Positions 1 through 10,656 are shown, counted from the first letter of the stretch. The stretch is DNA of 64,000 bases from SAR202 cluster bacterium (GCA_022448725.1 JAKUTR010000010.1:7540-71539); one strand, 5' to 3'. The notes: generated by a model not told the origin, from the sequence alone. Translations and numbers: made by a program.

Positions 1-362
1 CACGACTTTTAAAAATGGGAGCTAAAGTCATCACCGGATCCGATTCTTCATGGGGTAATTATTTGCTTGGCAACACACCCTATGAAACTGAGTGTCTCGT
101 GATGGCCGGCATGTCTGATAGCAATGCCGTCCACTCTGTAACAAATGATTCCGCTAAGTCACTTAACATGGACGACTTAGTTGGAAGCATTGAACCTGGA
201 AAACAGGCTGATATCATCGTGATCGATGGAGACCCAACAAAAAAAATCACCACTCTCTGGAACGTGTCCGAGGTATTCCTTGGAGGAGACAAGATCGAAC
301 GAGGGTCTGATGAATCGCTATCAGCAGTTCGGCAACACCGACCGGTAGCGGATCCCGAGTAG
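1..362 (+). CDS. amidohydrolase-superfamily protein, C-terminal fragment (5' end off-window)
   Basis: Frame is open back to the window edge. C-terminal motifs GAKVITGSDS and GSIEPGKQADIIVIDGDP are typical of metal-dependent amidohydrolases. Confidence 0.75.
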   Translation, partial: RLLKMGAKVITGSDSSWGNYLLGNTPYETECLVMAGMSDSNAVHSVTNDSAKSLNMDDLVGSIEPGKQADIIVIDGDPTKKITTLWNVSEVFLGGDKIERGSDESLSAVRQHRPVADPE

Positions 363-367
363 GCGAA

Positions 368-1306
368 ATGAATATTCTTGTAACTGGGGCTGCAGGATTC
401 ATAGGTTCTCATCTCGCACAAAGACTACGAACCCTGGGACACGAGGTCCATGGTATCGACAACTTCGACGGGTATTACGATAGAGCGCTAAAAGATGACA
501 ATGCCGCAGAACTTCGTGCCCATGGGGTTACGGTCACAGAAGCTGACCTCGCAGGTGCACAACTGGATGACTTACTCCAAGATATTGAGATTGTCTATCA
601 CCTTGCAGGCCAACCAGGTATATCGGAAAACGTTCCGTTCAGGTCCTATCTCCGCAACAATGTCATCGCTACCCAACGTCTAGCTCAAGCATGCCAGGCT
701 ATCAACACCCTTCAATGCTTCGTCAATATTTCAACCTCTTCGGTTTACGGCGTACATGCAACCTCCACTGAAGATTCAGAAACCAAGCCAACCTCTGATT
801 ACGGCACAACCAAATTGGCTGCTGAGCAGATCATACTTTCCATGCAACGCAGCTATGGGTTTCCCGCCTGCTCCCTACGTATTTTCTCCGTATACGGCCC
901 CCGAGAACGGCCCGATAAACTCTACCCTCGAGTGATCACCTCCATATTAGGGACCAGCGAGTTCCCTCTCTACGAAGGGAGTCTTGAGCACTCACGAAGC
1001 TTCACCTACATCGATGACGTGGTAGACGCATTCGTATTAATTCTCAACAATGTAGACGTCTCCTTAGGTGAAATCTTCAACATAGGATCTGAAACTGAGA
1101 TTACCACCCGAAGAGGTATCGAAATAGTCGAGGAGATCACAGGGAGAAAGGCGCGATTCAAATCAATGCCTCCACGTGATGGAGACCAGTTAAGAACTCT
1201 AGCAAATATCGAAAAAGCAAAACGCCTTTTGGGCTATTCGCCATCGACCACTCCTGAAGAAGGTCTCGCCCGGCAGATCCGTTGGTACCAAGACAAACTT
1301 CAATGA
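368..1306 (+). CDS. NAD-dependent epimerase/dehydratase (SDR family, UDP-sugar 4-epimerase-like)
   Basis: N-terminal Rossmann motif VTGAAGFIGSH and catalytic YxxxK (SDYGTTKLAAE); 312 aa. Confidence 0.85.
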   Translation: MNILVTGAAGFIGSHLAQRLRTLGHEVHGIDNFDGYYDRALKDDNAAELRAHGVTVTEADLAGAQLDDLLQDIEIVYHLAGQPGISENVPFRSYLRNNVIATQRLAQACQAINTLQCFVNISTSSVYGVHATSTEDSETKPTSDYGTTKLAAEQIILSMQRSYGFPACSLRIFSVYGPRERPDKLYPRVITSILGTSEFPLYEGSLEHSRSFTYIDDVVDAFVLILNNVDVSLGEIFNIGSETEITTRRGIEIVEEITGRKARFKSMPPRDGDQLRTLANIEKAKRLLGYSPSTTPEEGLARQIRWYQDKLQ

Positions 1307-1410
1307 GGCCGACTGCCTGATCCCCCTACGCTACAGCCTCGGCAGACAAACACCCCGGTAACTCTAACTTTGTAAGCCATCGCCCACAACAAGATGCAGT
1401 TTATGGAGAG

Positions 1411-2211
1411 CTAAACCTTCGAGTGGATAGGCGCAGCTATCTCGGTACCATCTGGCAATTTGCTAATGGTGAAATCACCAAAGAGCAGAGGTGCCTCTTC
1501 CTGTAGTATTCGCAGCATCATTAGCGCAACCTTCCGAATTTCCCAATCAGCAAAGGCGGCGCCTCGCATTTCAATAAAATGGCGTAATGCTCTAACGTTC
1601 GCTGTCACAAATATCTTCGTTTCTGTCGCGTTTGGAAGAACCGCACGCGCCGCTTGTCGAACCGCCTTGCGCCGGTCTGTCGTTGCTTCAAAATCTTCCT
1701 CTGGCAACACTTTGTACAGTTCGGAGACGAGGGCCTTGTAGCTATTTTGGGACTGCTCAATAGCAGACTCGAGAAGCTCTCTAGCTTTTTCAGTGCCAGC
1801 TCCGCCTTCGGCGATAGCGGGAGGTACCACGAAATCAGCATCACTTTCGTTTACAAATCTCTGTGAACGCTGGCTGTAGGCAAAACCAGCTCGATGACGC
1901 ACCAACTCATGGGTTAGTGCGCGTGATACACCGGTAACCATAAATCCATAGTTGACATGCTCGAAAACACTGCCATCGCCCTTGGACAAAAGGTTCGTTA
2001 CGAAATCTGCGATATCTTTACGTCCTTTACCATAACTCATGTAGCAGATACGAGCTGATATTTCGATTACAGCTGCAGCCTCGTCTTCTCCAGCTCGTAT
2101 ACTTTCGGGCACTGGCGGGACATCTTCATCGTCTAGGAAAGCCGCAACGGCATCCCAATCCACATGAGTTCTACTCACCAGTCTGACTGTTGGTTCGTTT
2201 ATTAGAGCCAT
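1411..2211 (-). CDS. thyX: FAD-dependent thymidylate synthase
   Basis: ThyX signature RHRxxSxxxxSxR is present (ELVRHRAGFAYSQRSQRF). 266 aa, with GAGG RBS 6 nt upstream of the ATG. Confidence 0.92.
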   Translation of the reverse strand: MALINEPTVRLVSRTHVDWDAVAAFLDDEDVPPVPESIRAGEDEAAAVIEISARICYMSYGKGRKDIADFVTNLLSKGDGSVFEHVNYGFMVTGVSRALTHELVRHRAGFAYSQRSQRFVNESDADFVVPPAIAEGGAGTEKARELLESAIEQSQNSYKALVSELYKVLPEEDFEATTDRRKAVRQAARAVLPNATETKIFVTANVRALRHFIEMRGAAFADWEIRKVALMMLRILQEEAPLLFGDFTISKLPDGTEIAAPIHSKV

Positions 2212-2317
2212 ATTTGCCTCAGATTTTGGTTAAATTAGGATACCATTCTGCATCGCAACACGCGTATCCGTATAATGTCGGATGCTTGAACTGATAATAG
2301 TTAGGAGTAATTACCAA

Positions 2318-3055
2318 ATGGAGCCTACAAAAGAAGTGGCACTGACTCTCAAGCAACGTATTCATGCTGGAGAGGAATTACTGGGTATCAACGTAAATAC
2401 CGGGTTCACCCGAACTAAACTTGAGGATACGATTGCGTCTGGACCTTATGACTTTCTCGTAATTGACAGTCAACACACTGCCTTCAACGAAGAAAGTGTG
2501 ACTGCATTTTGTGAGCTTGCTGCAGAGGTTGGCATTCACGTCCAGTTCCGTATCAAGCACACTAGGCACACCTATTTGATTGGTAACTATCTCGACCTTG
2601 GTCCTTCTGGAGTTGAGGTACCCCAAGTAGAACTAGAATCTACTGTTGACGAGGGTGTCGACAACTTCTACTACATCCCAGATGGTGTCCGAAGTTGGGG
2701 AGGCCGGACACGCTTAGGGTTGGAAACACGGGGTGATGACCACGTCGGGTACAGGAAATGGTGGAATGAAACCGGCGTACTTTGGATGCAGATAGAATCA
2801 TTGGCAGCTGTATCGAACGCACACCTGCTAGCCAAACCAGGCGTCGATTGTCTTTCGTTCGGTCCAATGGATATGACTCTCGACATTGAAATTCACCCAA
2901 ACCACCCACTTCAAACAGTTGACGATTGCCTGCGACATACTATGAAGCAGCTTGAAGATTCCGACACCAAAATCGTCTTTAGGAATAACACGCCAGACAC
3001 CAGGCAAAAGTACCGTGATATGGGCGTGCAAATCTTACTGGAACTCGCCCGTTAG
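2318..3055 (+). CDS. HpcH/HpaI-family aldolase (2-keto-3-deoxy acid aldolase-like)
   Basis: Motifs DFLVIDSQHTAF and LDLGPSGVEVPQVE with a YIPDGVRSWGG block are typical of HpcH/HpaI aldolases. I moved the start from the track's 2282 to the ATG at 2318, which has an AGGAG RBS 8 nt upstream. Confidence 0.8.
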   Translation: MEPTKEVALTLKQRIHAGEELLGINVNTGFTRTKLEDTIASGPYDFLVIDSQHTAFNEESVTAFCELAAEVGIHVQFRIKHTRHTYLIGNYLDLGPSGVEVPQVELESTVDEGVDNFYYIPDGVRSWGGRTRLGLETRGDDHVGYRKWWNETGVLWMQIESLAAVSNAHLLAKPGVDCLSFGPMDMTLDIEIHPNHPLQTVDDCLRHTMKQLEDSDTKIVFRNNTPDTRQKYRDMGVQILLELAR

Positions 3056-3131
3056 ATTAAGAAGATTTTGAACAGGGTCCACCTTCGAAATCACATAGCA
3101 ACTACAAAATCAATATCACTAAGGGGAAATA

Positions 3132-4088
3132 ATGGTAAAGCTCGGCAACGGTGAACATACTTACGAGGTATCGGGAGATAACTGGGGTGATCTACCCGAG
3201 GGCTGGGTCTATAAGGAAGCAACTGCAGTCGCGGTCGATAGTAAAGATAACGTCTATGTATTCAACCGCGGAGGACACCCAGTCATAGTATTCGATAGTA
3301 GTGGCCGTTTCATAAATTCATGGGGTGAAGACGTTTTTGAGGTACCGCACGGAATCGAAATCGGGCCAGATGATTCCGTCTATTGTGCCGATGTGTCAAC
3401 AAATACCATTACTAAACTAACACCTGACGGGGAGGTCATCTTCACTCTTGGCGACCCAGACAACGTACCTCCAGCGATGAGTGGAGATCCTTTCAACCGG
3501 CCAACTCACATCGCTGTTGATCCCAAGAGTAATGATTTTTATGTATCTGACGGATATGGCAATGCCCGCGTTCACAAATACGACTCCGATGGAAAACACA
3601 TCCTATCCTGGGGAGAGTCAGGCACTGACCCTGCAAAACTCAATATCGTCCACAACATCGCCGTTGACAGTCAGGGATACGTATACATAGGTGACCGAGA
3701 AAATCATAGGGTCCAAATTTTCGATTCGAAAGGAAACTACGAAGCGCAGTGGGTGAACATGTCAAAAGCTGCTGCGGTCCACGTAAATAGGAGAGGTGAC
3801 ACAGACCTTGTTTACGTTGGGGAGTACTTCGCAGGGATTTCATCTAATAGCATAGGAACAAATCTGGGTCCTCGTGTTTCGATCTATGACACCAATGGCA
3901 ACTTACTCGCAAGGCTAAGTGAACAGTCGTATGGAGATGAACCGGGACGCTTTTACTCACCCCACGCAATAGCGACTGACTCTAAAGGGGATATATACGT
4001 CGCTGAGGTTTCCGACAGTGAGTATGGCCGCTTCCTTGAACAACCCGGTGAACTAAGGTCAATGCAAAAGCTCACAAAGGTCACGTGA
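3132..4088 (+). CDS. NHL-repeat beta-propeller protein (peptidyl-alpha-hydroxyglycine lyase-like fold), no signal peptide
   Basis: Repeated NHL-type blocks (VAVDSKDNVYVFNRGGH, IAVDPKSNDFYVSDGYGN, IAVDSQGYVYIGDRENHRVQIFD, IATDSKGDIYVAE). AAGGGG RBS. Confidence 0.75.
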   Translation: MVKLGNGEHTYEVSGDNWGDLPEGWVYKEATAVAVDSKDNVYVFNRGGHPVIVFDSSGRFINSWGEDVFEVPHGIEIGPDDSVYCADVSTNTITKLTPDGEVIFTLGDPDNVPPAMSGDPFNRPTHIAVDPKSNDFYVSDGYGNARVHKYDSDGKHILSWGESGTDPAKLNIVHNIAVDSQGYVYIGDRENHRVQIFDSKGNYEAQWVNMSKAAAVHVNRRGDTDLVYVGEYFAGISSNSIGTNLGPRVSIYDTNGNLLARLSEQSYGDEPGRFYSPHAIATDSKGDIYVAEVSDSEYGRFLEQPGELRSMQKLTKVT

Positions 4089-4089
4089 A

Positions 4090-5247
4090 GTGCCCACTGT
4101 TAGTAGCGAGACTCGAAACCAGATCATAACGCTGGTCCGTGACTTTGTACAAAACGAAGTCACACCGGTAGCACAGCAGTATGACAATGAGGATGTCTAC
4201 CCTCATGAACTTGTGGAGCACATGCGATCGCTCGGCCTTTTCGGTATTACTATCCCAGAAAAGTACGGTGGCCTAGGCCTGGACCACACTACCCTAGCGA
4301 TCATTTTCGAGGAACTTAGTAAAGGGTGGATGAGTGTTTCTGGTGTTATCGGAACTCACCTTGTTATGGCATCGATCATCGCAGAGCACGGTACAGAAGA
4401 ACAAAAGCAATCATTCCTCCCTCGAATGGCCTCAGGCGATGTCCGAGGATCTCTTGGACTCACCGAACCAGAAGCGGGGAGCGACGTAGCTAATATCCAA
4501 GTTACAGCTATTCGTGATCAGGATGACTATGTGGTGAATGGTAACAAGATGTTTATCACTAACGGAGAGCACGGCAATGCCGTTGCTTTGATAGCAAAAA
4601 CTAACCCATCTGCTGATCCACCTCAACGGGGAATTAGTTGCCTGATAGTTGAAAAACCAACTGAAGGCTTCACAGTAGGGCAGCACATTGACAAACTTGG
4701 GTATCGTGGCCTTGATACCGTTGAATTGATATTTGAAAATGCTCGGGTACCTTCAAGGAATTTAGTTGGTGGTAAAGAAGGATTGGGACTACGGCAGGCC
4801 TTAGGTGCACTGGAATCAGGACGTATCAACATCGCAGCTCGAGCAGTAGGAGTAGCAACCGCTGCGTTCGAGGCATCGATGTCGTACGCGCAAAAACGCC
4901 AAACCTTTGGAAAGACAATCTCGCAACATCAAGCAATCCAAATCAAACTTGCTGACATGGCCACAAAAATTGAGGCGGCTCGACTACTGACATATGAGGC
5001 CGCCCGCAAACGAGACGCCGGGCAACGCGTGGATCTCGAAGCCGGTATGGCAAAACTTTTCGCATCCGAGATTTGTGGTGAGGTAACTCTAGAAGCGATG
5101 CGCATACACGGTGGTTATGGGTATATAAAAGAGTACCCCGTCGAGCGTTACTATCGTGATGCTCCGCTAATGATAATTGGCGAGGGTACGAACGAGATCC
5201 AGAAACTCGTCATTGCCAGACGCCTTCTGGAAAAGCACCAAGTGTGA
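4090..5247 (+). CDS. acyl-CoA dehydrogenase
   Basis: ACAD blocks LTEPEAGSD, NGNKMFITNG and YRDAPLMIIGEGTNEIQ. GTG start 1 nt after the upstream stop. Confidence 0.92.
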   Translation: MPTVSSETRNQIITLVRDFVQNEVTPVAQQYDNEDVYPHELVEHMRSLGLFGITIPEKYGGLGLDHTTLAIIFEELSKGWMSVSGVIGTHLVMASIIAEHGTEEQKQSFLPRMASGDVRGSLGLTEPEAGSDVANIQVTAIRDQDDYVVNGNKMFITNGEHGNAVALIAKTNPSADPPQRGISCLIVEKPTEGFTVGQHIDKLGYRGLDTVELIFENARVPSRNLVGGKEGLGLRQALGALESGRINIAARAVGVATAAFEASMSYAQKRQTFGKTISQHQAIQIKLADMATKIEAARLLTYEAARKRDAGQRVDLEAGMAKLFASEICGEVTLEAMRIHGGYGYIKEYPVERYYRDAPLMIIGEGTNEIQKLVIARRLLEKHQV

Positions 5248-6404
5248 CCAACGACTTAAGTTACGACTTGCTCGTTAAAGGCGGACAAGTCATTGACCCT
5301 TACCAAGGTATCGATGCGTTTCTTGACGTTGCAATCCGTGACGGCAAAATTGAGACGGTATCGCCCAACATCGTAGACAACACGGCTTCCCAAATCGTTG
5401 ATGCCTCTGGACTAATCGTAACTCCAGGATTGATAGATCTTCACACTCATGCGTATTGGGGTGCGTCTTTATACGGAGTAGAACCTGATAGCTCGCACAT
5501 CTCGAAGGGAGTGACCACCGTACTGGATACCGGCTCTTCCGGAGCAGACACATTTCCTGCATTCCGCAAATACGTCATAGAGCGAAGTAACACACGAATC
5601 CTTGCTCTTCTGAATATTTCCTCAATGGGGATGGTTGTTGGATACGGCGGCCTCGAAGATCCCCGCTGGGCCAACATAAATAAAGCAGTTCAGGTAGGTA
5701 AGAAAAATAGTGATGTGGTAGTGGGTATTAAGGCCCGCATACCGCCCATGGCTGCCAACGACTATCGGGCTATTGTCAGCCGTGCCATTACTGCAGCTGA
5801 TGAACTCAATGGATTTTTCATGCTACATCTTGGTGGCACCAGTCTATCTGTATCAGAGCGGCTAGATCTTTTGAGGTCAGGGGACGTCGTGACACATGCC
5901 TTCCGACTTAGTGACAATGGACAAGGAATCTTAGACGACAATCAGCAAGTCCTTGATGCTGCTTGGGCAGCTAAGAAACGTGGAGTTATCTTCGATATTG
6001 GACACGGTAGTGGAAGTTTCTCTTTCGAAACAGCGAAAAATGCGATATCGCAGGGGTTTACACCCGACACGATTAGCAGTGACCTCCACTTCAAGAACAT
6101 TGATGGCCCCGTCTACGACCTTGTCACGACCCTCTCAAAATTTCTCCACATGGGTTTGCCTCTGAGTAAGGTTATACGTATGGCTACATCAACTCCTGCT
6201 AAATCCCTAGGCTATGAAGGGATCCTCGGCACTTTGCGACCAGGTGCTGTCGCTGATCTCGCTCTACTACAAACCGTGGCCGGTAATTTTGATTTGAGTG
6301 ACTCCGGTGGTCGTCAAATAGTATCAGCCACCCAGTTGCTTAAGCCCATCACCACAATAAAGGGTGGCCAACTTTACAACAGCTTCACTAACCGAGCAGA
6401 TTGA
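5244..6404 (+). CDS. amidohydrolase/deacetylase-family protein (dihydroorotase-like fold)
   Basis: HxH metal motif (GLIDLHTHAYWG) and later His/Asp ligands. The GTG start overlaps the ACAD stop (GTGA), suggesting translational coupling. Confidence 0.8.
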   Translation: MTNDLSYDLLVKGGQVIDPYQGIDAFLDVAIRDGKIETVSPNIVDNTASQIVDASGLIVTPGLIDLHTHAYWGASLYGVEPDSSHISKGVTTVLDTGSSGADTFPAFRKYVIERSNTRILALLNISSMGMVVGYGGLEDPRWANINKAVQVGKKNSDVVVGIKARIPPMAANDYRAIVSRAITAADELNGFFMLHLGGTSLSVSERLDLLRSGDVVTHAFRLSDNGQGILDDNQQVLDAAWAAKKRGVIFDIGHGSGSFSFETAKNAISQGFTPDTISSDLHFKNIDGPVYDLVTTLSKFLHMGLPLSKVIRMATSTPAKSLGYEGILGTLRPGAVADLALLQTVAGNFDLSDSGGRQIVSATQLLKPITTIKGGQLYNSFTNRAD

Positions 6405-7842
6405 ACCTCCCTGATCCTTGGTCGACGTACAGTGTCTTACCAACATGGGAGATCTCGATTTCCTGATTGTAAGTGCCCGTACCGAGTCGCCGGCTGGATG
6501 CATGCGTTTCCTGAGACCATGACACGTCCGCCGGGTCACATCCAGCAGAGAGAGACTCGTAAATGATACGGCCATCCATTTCACGATCATGTTCAATTCC
6601 GAGAATATGCAGGACTGTTGGAGCAATGTCCCAATTGCCTGTGGGTGTCGAAAGGCGTGCACTAGCTTTAAAGCTAGTCCCTCCGGCTATAAGAGTGTTT
6701 TTCATTTCATGCTTACTCATCGAGCCATGGTCGCCACGCCCCACCGGCATCCCCACCGTATAAAACATACCAGGCACACCGTTTTGATTTTCGCCTGAGT
6801 GCCATTTGAATGACATCATCAAATCGGGAGCACGCTCGCCTTCTTGACCGACCAACCTAGCAGGGAGAGTACCTTCGACTTCACCATGTATATCAGGAAC
6901 TGTGATCGCGCCACACCATGGCTGAACCATCAACCATTCAGCAAGTTTATTCACCACCGAGGTGGTCCGGCCATTGACCCAGAAAAATACCGACCCACCA
7001 TTAAAACCGACACTGACACCTCCGGAGCAATCACCAGGCGAAAATCCTGCTGCGTCAACAAGCGAGTTCATTTCGATGACTCCTTCGGATGTAGAGTACC
7101 CATGATCAGATACCACTAGTACATCTGTGTTGGAGTCAGCCCCTCTAGTTTCGAGCCATCTAGTAATCTCTCCAAATGAGTCGTCCGCAACCTTTAGTGC
7201 TTCAAGGCCTTGTTCAGAGTTGACGCCAGCGGCGTGTTGACTCAAATCCGGCTCATTACACCAAAATATCGATAAGTCGGGTTGGTTTTGGGATAAGACA
7301 TGGTCGATGAGTACGCGGGTTGCGTACCTATTCGAAGATCCATCAGGCTCGGATCGCTCCGGCCATGGGCCGAATTTGTTGGTAAGCTCATCGCCAAGGG
7401 AACTTGGCAAAGTAAATTCTCGTTGGATCACTTGGCCACCAACCTTGTTCTGATGTGGGTTGTGAAGGAAGGCATTTCCGCTAGAGCCAGTGACTACAGA
7501 TGCGATTGTTTTCCCATTCTCACTCAAGATCTCGGCTAAAGTTGGTGCCAATAGTAGACGTCCAGTCTTGTCGATTACGTACTGCAACTCTGGGAATAAC
7601 GCCTGAAAGGCACGGGAATTATCGTACTCTCTAATCATTAAAACGTTCGCGACTAGGCCATGGGTTCCTGGGTAACATCCAGTCATAAGAGTCGATGCGT
7701 TAATTCGAGTGACAGAAGGGTATGCGGGGTGGTGATTATCAAAGAACACCCCCTGAGACGCGAACGCTGACAGATTGGGCATGAGCTCAGGCGTTACTTG
7801 GGACGGTTGCAGACCATCCATCGCAAAGATAATTACAGGCAT
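6388..7842 (-). CDS. alkaline-phosphatase-superfamily phosphodiesterase / nucleotide pyrophosphatase family protein
   Basis: N-terminal metal/nucleophile block (IFAMDGL...YPSVTRINASTLMTG), VVSDHGYS and GDHGS motifs; 484 aa. Confidence 0.8.
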   Translation of the reverse strand: MPVIIFAMDGLQPSQVTPELMPNLSAFASQGVFFDNHHPAYPSVTRINASTLMTGCYPGTHGLVANVLMIREYDNSRAFQALFPELQYVIDKTGRLLLAPTLAEILSENGKTIASVVTGSSGNAFLHNPHQNKVGGQVIQREFTLPSSLGDELTNKFGPWPERSEPDGSSNRYATRVLIDHVLSQNQPDLSIFWCNEPDLSQHAAGVNSEQGLEALKVADDSFGEITRWLETRGADSNTDVLVVSDHGYSTSEGVIEMNSLVDAAGFSPGDCSGGVSVGFNGGSVFFWVNGRTTSVVNKLAEWLMVQPWCGAITVPDIHGEVEGTLPARLVGQEGERAPDLMMSFKWHSGENQNGVPGMFYTVGMPVGRGDHGSMSKHEMKNTLIAGGTSFKASARLSTPTGNWDIAPTVLHILGIEHDREMDGRIIYESLSAGCDPADVSWSQETHASSRRLGTGTYNQEIEISHVGKTLYVDQGSGRFNLLG

Positions 7843-7905
7843 TTAACTACTCCTAGGGCTGATCCACCTCTGGTCTAACACCAGCCAAGACGACCAGTCT
7901 TCTAG

Positions 7906-8889
7906 TTAGCGATTTTGCAAAGCTTCCGGATTTACTGGGGTCTCTGGAGCACCGCCGGTCAATGCAGCGGTTATATTCCGCACCGCCATCAGTCCCATAT
8001 TTTTGAAAGTTGCCTCACTAGCGCTGCCGACGTGGGGTGTGATGACCACGTTGTCCAACGTCAACAGGGGATCAGACATTGGAATCGGCTCCGGGTCAGT
8101 TACATCGATTGCGGCCCTGGCTATCGTCTTGTTATTAAGCGCCTCATACAAAGCGGGCTGATCTACCACGCCCCCTCGTGCCATGTTTATGAATATTGCG
8201 GTCGATTTCATCATGGCAAACTGCTCCGCGCCCATCATTTTACGAGTCTCGTCTGTAAGCGGGCAATGTAGCGAAACATAGTCAGATTGTTGTAGTAAGT
8301 CCGCTAGAGTAGGAGCCCATTCGACCCCCATACTTTCCTCTAAATCAATCTTCCTACTTCGCGAGTGGTATATCACTCGCATATCGAACCCCCTTGCCCT
8401 TTTCGCTACCTTCTGACCGATCCCGCCAAAACCAAAGATACCAAGAGTTTTTCCGTAGGCATCGAGTCCTAGGTAAGGTGTTTGATCAAAAAATACCCAT
8501 TTTCCTGCTCGGATTGATCTGTCACCGTAGGCAACCTGCCGCGCAGCGTCGAGTAAAAGCGCAAAAGTCATATCAGCACAGGCATCTTGTAGCACACCTG
8601 GCGTGTTAGTAAGAAGAATTCCGTTACGTGTTGCCGCTGGTATGTCGACGTTATCCGTACCAACAGCCCTGTTCCCTATCACCTCAAGCCTTGTCGCCCC
8701 ATCTAAGACTTCAGCATCAATAATATCGATCCCTTCTGGCAAAAACGCATCGCACTCTTTAGCCTTTTGCATGACTACATCGTGTGGCGGTGTTTTGTGA
8801 TCATCCCAAGTATCAACCTCAAACTTTTGCTTCAGAGAATTATAGATAGCTTCATCATGGAATGGCCGCATCACCCATACTCTCTTCAT
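7906..8889 (-). CDS. D-isomer-specific 2-hydroxyacid dehydrogenase (glyoxylate/hydroxypyruvate reductase-like)
   Basis: NAD-binding GIFGFGGIGQKV; catalytic region INMARGGVVD...ITPHVGSA. GGAG RBS. Confidence 0.88.
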   Translation of the reverse strand: MKRVWVMRPFHDEAIYNSLKQKFEVDTWDDHKTPPHDVVMQKAKECDAFLPEGIDIIDAEVLDGATRLEVIGNRAVGTDNVDIPAATRNGILLTNTPGVLQDACADMTFALLLDAARQVAYGDRSIRAGKWVFFDQTPYLGLDAYGKTLGIFGFGGIGQKVAKRARGFDMRVIYHSRSRKIDLEESMGVEWAPTLADLLQQSDYVSLHCPLTDETRKMMGAEQFAMMKSTAIFINMARGGVVDQPALYEALNNKTIARAAIDVTDPEPIPMSDPLLTLDNVVITPHVGSASEATFKNMGLMAVRNITAALTGGAPETPVNPEALQNR

Positions 8890-9012
8890 TTCCTATCTCC
8901 GTTCTCGTTTTTTATCCCTTAATAAAAAGGACGCATTAAAACTTCCAAGGCAACTTTCCTGTTGACCTAAGTCCGGACTTTTCGTACCTCTTACGTTTCT
9001 AGATTAATGATA

Positions 9013-10656
9013 TCAATACCCTAATGCGACACCATCACGACGTGGGTCAGCCCCACCCTGGAAAGTCCCTTGTTCTTGGTCAACTTGGATGCCTTGAGCG
9101 CCCCCAACGGTTCTTGAGAACGCGTTAAGCACATCAATTTCATGACCCCTACGGACGAGTTCTTCACGCACCTGAAGGGGAAATCGTTCCTCCATTTTGA
9201 CATGTCTTCCGGTGAAATATCGTAACCTCGGCGCCTCAATAGCCTGCTGAACATTCATGCCGTAATCGAGTACGTTCATCAAAAATTGAGGTGTTGTCTG
9301 CAAAATACCCCAACCACCTGGGGTCCCCATACTAAGGATGAATTTACCATCCACAAAACTTTGAGTCGGAGCGACAACAAAGTCGACTCGTTTCCAGGGG
9401 CCGATCAAGTTGGGAGACCCTTCATCAAGATCAAAATAAGAGCTCATATTGTTGAGAAAGATTCCAGTATCTCCGGCTATGACACTAGATCCAAACCCAC
9501 CGCCCAAGGTCTGTGTGACACTCACAACATTCCCATCCCGGTCAGCGATAGCGAAGTGGGTCGTCATTCCCAAATCAAATTTTGTGGGATCTCCAGGTCG
9601 CAGAAAATTATCGGGGGTATTTTCGGCGTAATGCTCTCCACGAACTACAGCAGCACGTTCCATATCAACGCGTTCATACTGTTCAGCAGCATACTGCCCG
9701 GATAGCATGCCCGCAATCGGTGCCGTGACATAGTCGGGGTCCCCTGCATAGACAATCCGATCCGTTACGGCTAGTTTCACGGACTCCATGAAGTAGTGCA
9801 AGGTATCAGGGTCTTGGTAGCGTGGTTGAATCATCTCCATCATCTTCAGAGTCTGTAACACCTGGAATCCGCTGGAGTTAGGCGGGGGTACAAAAATATC
9901 GTAGCCTCGGTAATTGGCACTAATTGGTTCTTGCCACTCGACCTCATACTCAGCAAGGTCGTCCATAGTGAAAAGCCCGTCCATTGCCTGACTTTGTTTC
10001 ACTATCTTTTCAGCTATCTCACCCTGATAAAAGACGTCAGGGCCTTGATGCGCGATAAGATCCAACGTTCGGGCCAGATCTGGCCAAACTAGTCGCTCTC
10101 CAGGTTTAGGAGCATTCCCGTCACTTCTAAGTATGGTCTCCGATGACTTGGGAAATTCTCTGAGATTATGAGCAGTCTCTTGAATAATCGAACTATTTAC
10201 AAACGTTATCGGAAAACCATTCGCAGCATACCCGATGGCGGGTTGGAACAAACGCTCCCATTCTAGAGACCCATACGTTTCGTGAAGGGTAAACCAGCCC
10301 GCAAGGTTTCCCGGGATAAGGGGTGCAAGTATCCCCTGTCTGACCGATTCATCAGTAAACCGATCCGGGGTCGCTGCTTTGGGCATACGACCTGAGAAAT
10401 TTAGAGTTCGTACCCTATCCTCGTTAGCAACGTATGCCAGAGCTAGCCCTATACCACCGACACCTGACATGTAGGGCTCAACAACATTCAGGGTTGCAGC
10501 GGTAGCTACAGCTGCATCAAAGGCATTGCCCCCCATACTTAAGACCTGGATGCCAGCCAATGAGGCAAGCGGATGTGCTGAAGACACCATCCCATTCACT
10601 CCCATCGCCGTCGGCCGGTGTGAAGACGGGTATCTATATGAATTAAGCATCGACAC
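9013..10656 (-). CDS. ggt: gamma-glutamyltranspeptidase-family protein (no obvious signal peptide)
   Basis: Autoprocessing/nucleophile Thr context GMTTHFAIADRDGNVV, a GGGFGS block and C-terminal GGADPRRDG; 547 aa. Confidence 0.88.
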   Translation of the reverse strand: MSMLNSYRYPSSHRPTAMGVNGMVSSAHPLASLAGIQVLSMGGNAFDAAVATAATLNVVEPYMSGVGGIGLALAYVANEDRVRTLNFSGRMPKAATPDRFTDESVRQGILAPLIPGNLAGWFTLHETYGSLEWERLFQPAIGYAANGFPITFVNSSIIQETAHNLREFPKSSETILRSDGNAPKPGERLVWPDLARTLDLIAHQGPDVFYQGEIAEKIVKQSQAMDGLFTMDDLAEYEVEWQEPISANYRGYDIFVPPPNSSGFQVLQTLKMMEMIQPRYQDPDTLHYFMESVKLAVTDRIVYAGDPDYVTAPIAGMLSGQYAAEQYERVDMERAAVVRGEHYAENTPDNFLRPGDPTKFDLGMTTHFAIADRDGNVVSVTQTLGGGFGSSVIAGDTGIFLNNMSSYFDLDEGSPNLIGPWKRVDFVVAPTQSFVDGKFILSMGTPGGWGILQTTPQFLMNVLDYGMNVQQAIEAPRLRYFTGRHVKMEERFPLQVREELVRRGHEIDVLNAFSRTVGGAQGIQVDQEQGTFQGGADPRRDGVALGY

